Source of the DNA: Candidatus Nanohaloarchaea archaeon | Lineage (GTDB): Archaea; Nanohalarchaeota; Nanosalinia; Nanosalinales; Nanosalinaceae | NCBI GenBank assembly: GCA_042218075.1 | Contig: JBDGRK010000037.1 | Span: forward strand, 1-20,540 | DNA: 20,540 bases | Reading direction: 5' to 3' | Part shown: in pieces, positions 16,555 to 20,540 of the stretch | Position numbering within the stretch: the stretch's first letter is position 1 | Layout of the letters: each line of letters begins with the position of its first letter | Notes under the pieces: model-generated | Seen by the model: only the letters and a program-made list of their open reading frames with translations | Databases searched by the model: none | Told to the model about the DNA's origin: nothing | Made by a program: the position numbers and the translations under genes

Positions 16555-17988
16555 ATGGCATTAAAACTCTTCAACACTCTCACCCGCGAGAAAGAGGAAT
16601 TCGAGCCGAAGGAGGAGGGAAAGGTGAAGTTCTACTCGTGTGGACAGACCATTTACGATGACCTCCACATAGGTAATGCGAGGCCTTACGCAGTATGGGA
16701 CACGCTGAGGCGGTATCTTGAGTGGAAGGGCTACACAGTGAGACACGTCCAGAATATAACCGATGTAGGTCATTTGACGGATGACGGAGACCAGGGAGAG
16801 GACAAGGTGGAGAAGAGAGCTAAAGACCTCGGACTTGAACCTATGGAGCTTGTTGAGGATCAGATCGAGCGCTACTTTGAGGACACGAAGGCGCTGAACA
16901 TCGAGAGGCAGGATATAGTTCCGAGAGCCACCGGCCACGTAAACGAGATGATAAACTACGTCCAGAGCATAATCTACAACGACTACGCCTACGAGAGAGA
17001 CGGAAACATTTACTTCGACCTTGAAGCGTACATTCAGGACTATACCTATGGAGAGATGGCGAAGAAAGACATCCAACAGCTGAAGCAAGAGGCAGAGTCA
17101 AGAGTAGAGCCCGATGAGAGGAAGAAGAACCAGTACGACTTCGCACTCTGGCTGAACGCGACCGGAGGACACCTGATGAAGTGGGATGCGAAGTTCGAGA
17201 TTGAGGGAGAGACAGTAGAATCCACTGGCTATCCCGGCTGGCACCTTGAATGCTCTGTTATGGGACAGAAGTACCTTGGAGACGAGTTTGACATCCACGC
17301 AGGAGGCAAGGATCATATCTTCCCTCATCATCCGAACGAACGGGCGCAGTGCTTCGCAGCAACAGGAGAGGGACAGGCCTGCTACTGGCTCCACAATGAA
17401 TTCGTGATGTGGGAGGGCGAACAGATGAGCAAGTCTACAGGTAATTTTGTAACCGTAAGAGATATGCTTGATGAGTTCTCTGGTGATGTGATCCGGCTCT
17501 ACCTGATGTCCTTCCACTACAGGACCGAGGCCAACTTTTCAAGAGAGGGACTGGAAAAGGCGGAGAAAGAGCTGAAGAAGGTAAGAAGGTTTCTGAAGAG
17601 GATGGATAGAGAGGCATCTGATGGAGGCAAGCAGTTCGAGGGACTGGAGCAGAACTTCGATGAGAAAATGGAGGATGATCTGAATACCGCCAAGGCGAAG
17701 CAGGTTCTTATGGAGGCGATCAATCGCTCAAATAAAGCTCTTGATAGAGGAGAGGAAGTTGATCCATCGGTTGCGGAAAAGATTGTAGAATTATTCCAAA
17801 TTCTTGGAGTTGAAGTCCGGTCCGATACTTCAGTTCAAGAACAGGAGATGGCAGACCTTATGCTGGAGTTGAGGGAGAAGTTCCGGGAGCAGCAACACTA
17901 CGATACAGCTGACATGATCAGGGATCGACTGGAAGAGATAGGTTTCGAAGTCGAGGATACTGATGAAGGAGCTTTCTGGGTGAGGTAG
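16555..17988 (+). CDS. cysS: Cysteine--tRNA ligase
   Basis: YSCG, HIGN, NITDVGH, DFALW, PGWHLECS, DIHAGG.D.IFPHH, QMSKS and the anticodon-domain ADMIRDRL. Confidence 0.97.
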   Translation: MALKLFNTLTREKEEFEPKEEGKVKFYSCGQTIYDDLHIGNARPYAVWDTLRRYLEWKGYTVRHVQNITDVGHLTDDGDQGEDKVEKRAKDLGLEPMELVEDQIERYFEDTKALNIERQDIVPRATGHVNEMINYVQSIIYNDYAYERDGNIYFDLEAYIQDYTYGEMAKKDIQQLKQEAESRVEPDERKKNQYDFALWLNATGGHLMKWDAKFEIEGETVESTGYPGWHLECSVMGQKYLGDEFDIHAGGKDHIFPHHPNERAQCFAATGEGQACYWLHNEFVMWEGEQMSKSTGNFVTVRDMLDEFSGDVIRLYLMSFHYRTEANFSREGLEKAEKELKKVRRFLKRMDREASDGGKQFEGLEQNFDEKMEDDLNTAKAKQVLMEAINRSNKALDRGEEVDPSVAEKIVELFQILGVEVRSDTSVQEQEMADLMLELREKFREQQHYDTADMIRDRLEEIGFEVEDTDEGAFWVR

Positions 17989-18363
17989 ATGAAGATTTAC
18001 GTTGGTCACTCTTCCAGTAATGACTACGAAGAAGAGCTCTACGAACCTCTAAAACAGAGTGATCTCTCGGATAAACATGACCTAGTTTTCCCTCATGAAG
18101 GTGACGAGTTTTTCGATTCAAAAGATTTTCTAAGAGAAGAATGCGATCTATTCCTTGCTGAAGTTTCCAAGGCATCTACCGGTCTTGGTATAGAACTGGG
18201 GTGGGCTGATCTTTTCGATGTACCGATAGTCTGTGTTCACGGGCAGGGATCTAATCCTTCCGGTTCTATAAGAGCTTTCTGTGGTAATATCAGGGATTAC
18301 AGCGATAAGGAGGAGTTAATCAGGATAATTAGAGATTTTGTAGAGGAGTTGGAGAATGAGTGA
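17989..18363 (+). CDS. Nucleoside 2-deoxyribosyltransferase / DNPH1-like protein
   Basis: MKIYVGHS...CDLFLAEVSKASTGLGIELGWA matches the NDT-family pattern, including the STGxGxE catalytic Glu. Confidence 0.75.
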   Translation: MKIYVGHSSSNDYEEELYEPLKQSDLSDKHDLVFPHEGDEFFDSKDFLREECDLFLAEVSKASTGLGIELGWADLFDVPIVCVHGQGSNPSGSIRAFCGNIRDYSDKEELIRIIRDFVEELENE

Positions 18364-18970
18364 TATAATAGATGAGGGTTTCCAGTACAAGGTTTACGAT
18401 TTAGGAGATAAGGTGAGGAAGGTTCCAAAGACCCGTGAAGAGATGGTAGAATACTCGAAAAGCTGGGGAAGTTCCGAAGAAAAGGCCAGGAAGGATACTG
18501 AAAAAGGCATTGAAAGGAGGAAAGAGATTCAGCAAAGATTGAGGGATTCTACTTACAGGATTCTTGCGGATTTTGAATTTGTAGGAGAGGTAATCGTTCA
18601 GGAAAAGGTAAAAGTCACGAAAGAGGTGCTTGACGAGGCTGAAAAAATCGAAGAAAAGAAAGAGGTAATTCAAAGCTACATTAATCTGGTTAAGCAGAGG
18701 TGGAGGAACGGCTTCCACGATATGTCCTATAATTTTACAGTAAATACTGGTTTTGATTCAGAAAATAGAATGGTCCATATAGATCTTGGAGATTTGATTT
18801 TCGATTTTGATAGAGTCAGGAAAGAAGTGGAGGACCGGAAATGGGTTGAGGAGTCCTGGAGCTATCAGAAGCATCTTGAGGGAGAACTCGCCGACTACTA
18901 TATTTCAAGAATGAAGGAGGCAATCACGGTTGAAAAATTGGATGAGATCTGGAATAAAAGCAGTCAGTGA
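18356..18970 (+). CDS. Hypothetical protein with a probable protein-kinase-like (PKL) fold
   Basis: IDEGFQYKVY (G-loop), VRK, IVQEKV (hinge), FHDMSYNFTVN (catalytic loop) and HIDLG (DFG-like) in kinase order. Confidence 0.6.
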   Translation: MSDIIDEGFQYKVYDLGDKVRKVPKTREEMVEYSKSWGSSEEKARKDTEKGIERRKEIQQRLRDSTYRILADFEFVGEVIVQEKVKVTKEVLDEAEKIEEKKEVIQSYINLVKQRWRNGFHDMSYNFTVNTGFDSENRMVHIDLGDLIFDFDRVRKEVEDRKWVEESWSYQKHLEGELADYYISRMKEAITVEKLDEIWNKSSQ

Positions 18971-19182
18971 ACCTGGCCCTTGTGGACCTTCATTCCCTGC
19001 TCGGTGTCGAATTCCTCGTCGCATTCGTCGCATTCATAAGTCCTGTTTTTCTCTTCAAGTTCTTTCTTCTTCTGCTGTTTCCTGTCAGGCTGTTCTTTGA
19101 AGATTTCCTGTGCGCGGTCGTCTGAGATACCAAGCATCTCCTTTGCCATCTGCTTTTGTCTTTCAGCGGAGTCACGTGCCAT
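18964..19182 (-). CDS. Small C2H2 zinc-finger protein
   Basis: YECDECDEEFDTEQGMKVHKGQVH fits C-x2-C-x12-H-x4-H; TATA-like TTTAAAA about 25 nt upstream. Confidence 0.85.
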   Translation of the reverse strand: MARDSAERQKQMAKEMLGISDDRAQEIFKEQPDRKQQKKKELEEKNRTYECDECDEEFDTEQGMKVHKGQVH

Positions 19183-19222
19183 GTATCACAACATGTTGTA
19201 TAGGTTTTAAACAGGTTGTGGA

Positions 19223-20323
19223 CTACATCAGCTCTGTAAAGTTGTTCTTGAACTCTTCAAGGTACTCTGGTTTCATGGATGCTCCAGCAGCCTTCCTGTG
19301 GCCTCCACCTTCTCCTCCTTCCTTCTTTGCTTCTTCCGGAAGCGCTTCCTGCATCAGTTTTCCCAGGTCGACCCTTCCCGACTGGCATCGAGCGGAGATG
19401 TTGATCTCTTCTTCATCGTGCTGTATGACAAGGTGAACCCATTCAGGAGTCTTGGTGGACATGTTCGTGGCTATAGAGGAAGTGATGTGAAAATCCGAGT
19501 CTATGTCGAAGAAAATGGTCATCTTGTCCCTGTCTATCTCCCTCTCCTCTTCGTAGTTTTCGATTGCCTCGTTGAACTCTTCCTGCATCTCCAGGTAAAC
19601 TTCGTATACCTGCCTGTACTCTTCCTGTGCCTCTAATTCCATCAAATCCTCTGAGTTCATGAGTGCCTGGTAGGCAAGTTTTGAGTACTGCTTGGAATCC
19701 CTGTAGGGTTTGATGTTTAAAACTGAGGAATATCTGCCGTACTCGCAGTTCTTCGCCAGTTGTTCTTGGTTCAGCTCTTCCGGAAGGTATTTCTTGTAGT
19801 CTTCTTCCAGCTTTTCGAAAAGTTCTGGACAGGAATCAACGCCGAAGTCCTGTATAACTCCCAGTCCGGCTATCCATCGAACTTCTTCTTCGATACCGAA
19901 TTCCGCTGCGATATCAAGACATATCTTGCTGCAAGGAATGTAGACTTTCGAGTCTTCAGTCCTGGGATTCACAAATTTGACTTCCGGTACTCGATCAAAG
20001 CTATGATGGTCAACTACCAGTACTTCGAGATCAAACTCTTCCTCTAACTCTTCCAGCTCATCCGCCTCCAGGTTGAAGTCCAGCACTATAAGCTTGTCCG
20101 CGTCCTCCAGAAGTTCGTGGTCTTTCCCGGTCAGGTGGTAGCTTCTCTGATCAGGTATAGTAACCTCATCCGCCGGTTTTCCCCTCTCCTGCTCGAGAAT
20201 CTTCGATACGATCGCGGATGAAGATATACCGTCCATGTCCCAGTGATGGATAATAACCACTCTATCTCCTTCATCGATTTTCTCCAGGTATTCTACAGCC
20301 GGCTTTAACTCCTCAGTCTTCAT
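19223..20323 (-). CDS. DHH/DHHA1 family phosphoesterase (RecJ/NrnA-like)
   Basis: HHWDMDG, VLDF, VDHH, NP, QD, SAR and GGGHRKAAG motifs; GAGGT-type RBS upstream. Confidence 0.92.
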   Translation of the reverse strand: MKTEELKPAVEYLEKIDEGDRVVIIHHWDMDGISSSAIVSKILEQERGKPADEVTIPDQRSYHLTGKDHELLEDADKLIVLDFNLEADELEELEEEFDLEVLVVDHHSFDRVPEVKFVNPRTEDSKVYIPCSKICLDIAAEFGIEEEVRWIAGLGVIQDFGVDSCPELFEKLEEDYKKYLPEELNQEQLAKNCEYGRYSSVLNIKPYRDSKQYSKLAYQALMNSEDLMELEAQEEYRQVYEVYLEMQEEFNEAIENYEEEREIDRDKMTIFFDIDSDFHITSSIATNMSTKTPEWVHLVIQHDEEEINISARCQSGRVDLGKLMQEALPEEAKKEGGEGGGHRKAAGASMKPEYLEEFKNNFTELM

Positions 20324-20348
20324 ACCTCTCTACCTCTCTCCGAGTTTT

Positions 20349-20540
20349 TTATTCCACCGGCTCTGAGAAGCTGAATTCAATTTTTCTATCCCGGAACTCT
20401 ACCTCGCCGGAGTATTCGAAATCCTCACCTGAGAAGTCTATCCCTTTCACATTTACTCTTTCATGGATCATCTGCTCCTGGTCTTCAAGCGCCTCGGTGT
20501 CGCCTGAAAAGCTTAATATCACTTCATCCTCAACTTCAAG
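20349..20540 (-). CDS. ileS: 3' end of a gene, probably isoleucine--tRNA ligase
   Basis: Translated by hand: LEVEDEVILSFSGDTEALEDQEQMIHERVNV...SEPVE*, resembling the C-terminal domain of archaeal/eukaryote-type IleRS. Only 63 aa visible. Confidence 0.55.
   Translation of the reverse strand, partial: LEVEDEVILSFSGDTEALEDQEQMIHERVNVKGIDFSGEDFEYSGEVEFRDRKIEFSFSEPVE

Noticed and set aside
26-20047. Numerous antisense or alternate-frame ORFs in the track (e.g. 26..295, 2517..3107, 13979..14407, 16561..17088)
   Set aside because: Ser/Phe/Leu-rich shadows of acidic genes on the opposite strand; no motifs.
20324-20339. Tandem AGAGAGGT repeat upstream of the DHH gene
   Set aside because: Only two 8-nt copies; adequately explained as a ribosome-binding region.

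Overview
Gene-dense archaeal chromosomal window. The acidic proteins, short or overlapping intergenic spaces, TATA boxes about 25 nt upstream of starts and the gene set suggest a halophilic DPANN lineage such as Nanohaloarchaeota (inference). The minus-strand block encodes an archaeal pilin, an archaeosortase, DUF460, a Hef helicase-nuclease, a membrane protein, a HerA/DUF87 ATPase split in its Walker A motif by a 605-aa LAGLIDADG intein, an M50-like membrane protein lacking HExxH, an Hjc/RecU-like nuclease, DUF2797 and TraB. Next come an unusual SRP RNA (no room for helix 6, UGGC instead of a GNRA tetraloop), an AT-rich nonsense-interrupted gene, a PqqB-like MBL protein with a degenerate metal motif, tRNA-Cys(GCA) and a 661-aa RecB-type nuclease with an apparent second, dead nuclease domain. 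A tightly coupled plus-strand run encodes AbrB-PhoU, four Nudix domains in three genes, CysRS, an NDT-like protein and a kinase-like protein. The window ends with a C2H2 zinc-finger protein, a DHH phosphoesterase and the probable 3' end of ileS. No CRISPR array, integrase or IS element was seen. All calls are from motif reading by eye; no searches were run.
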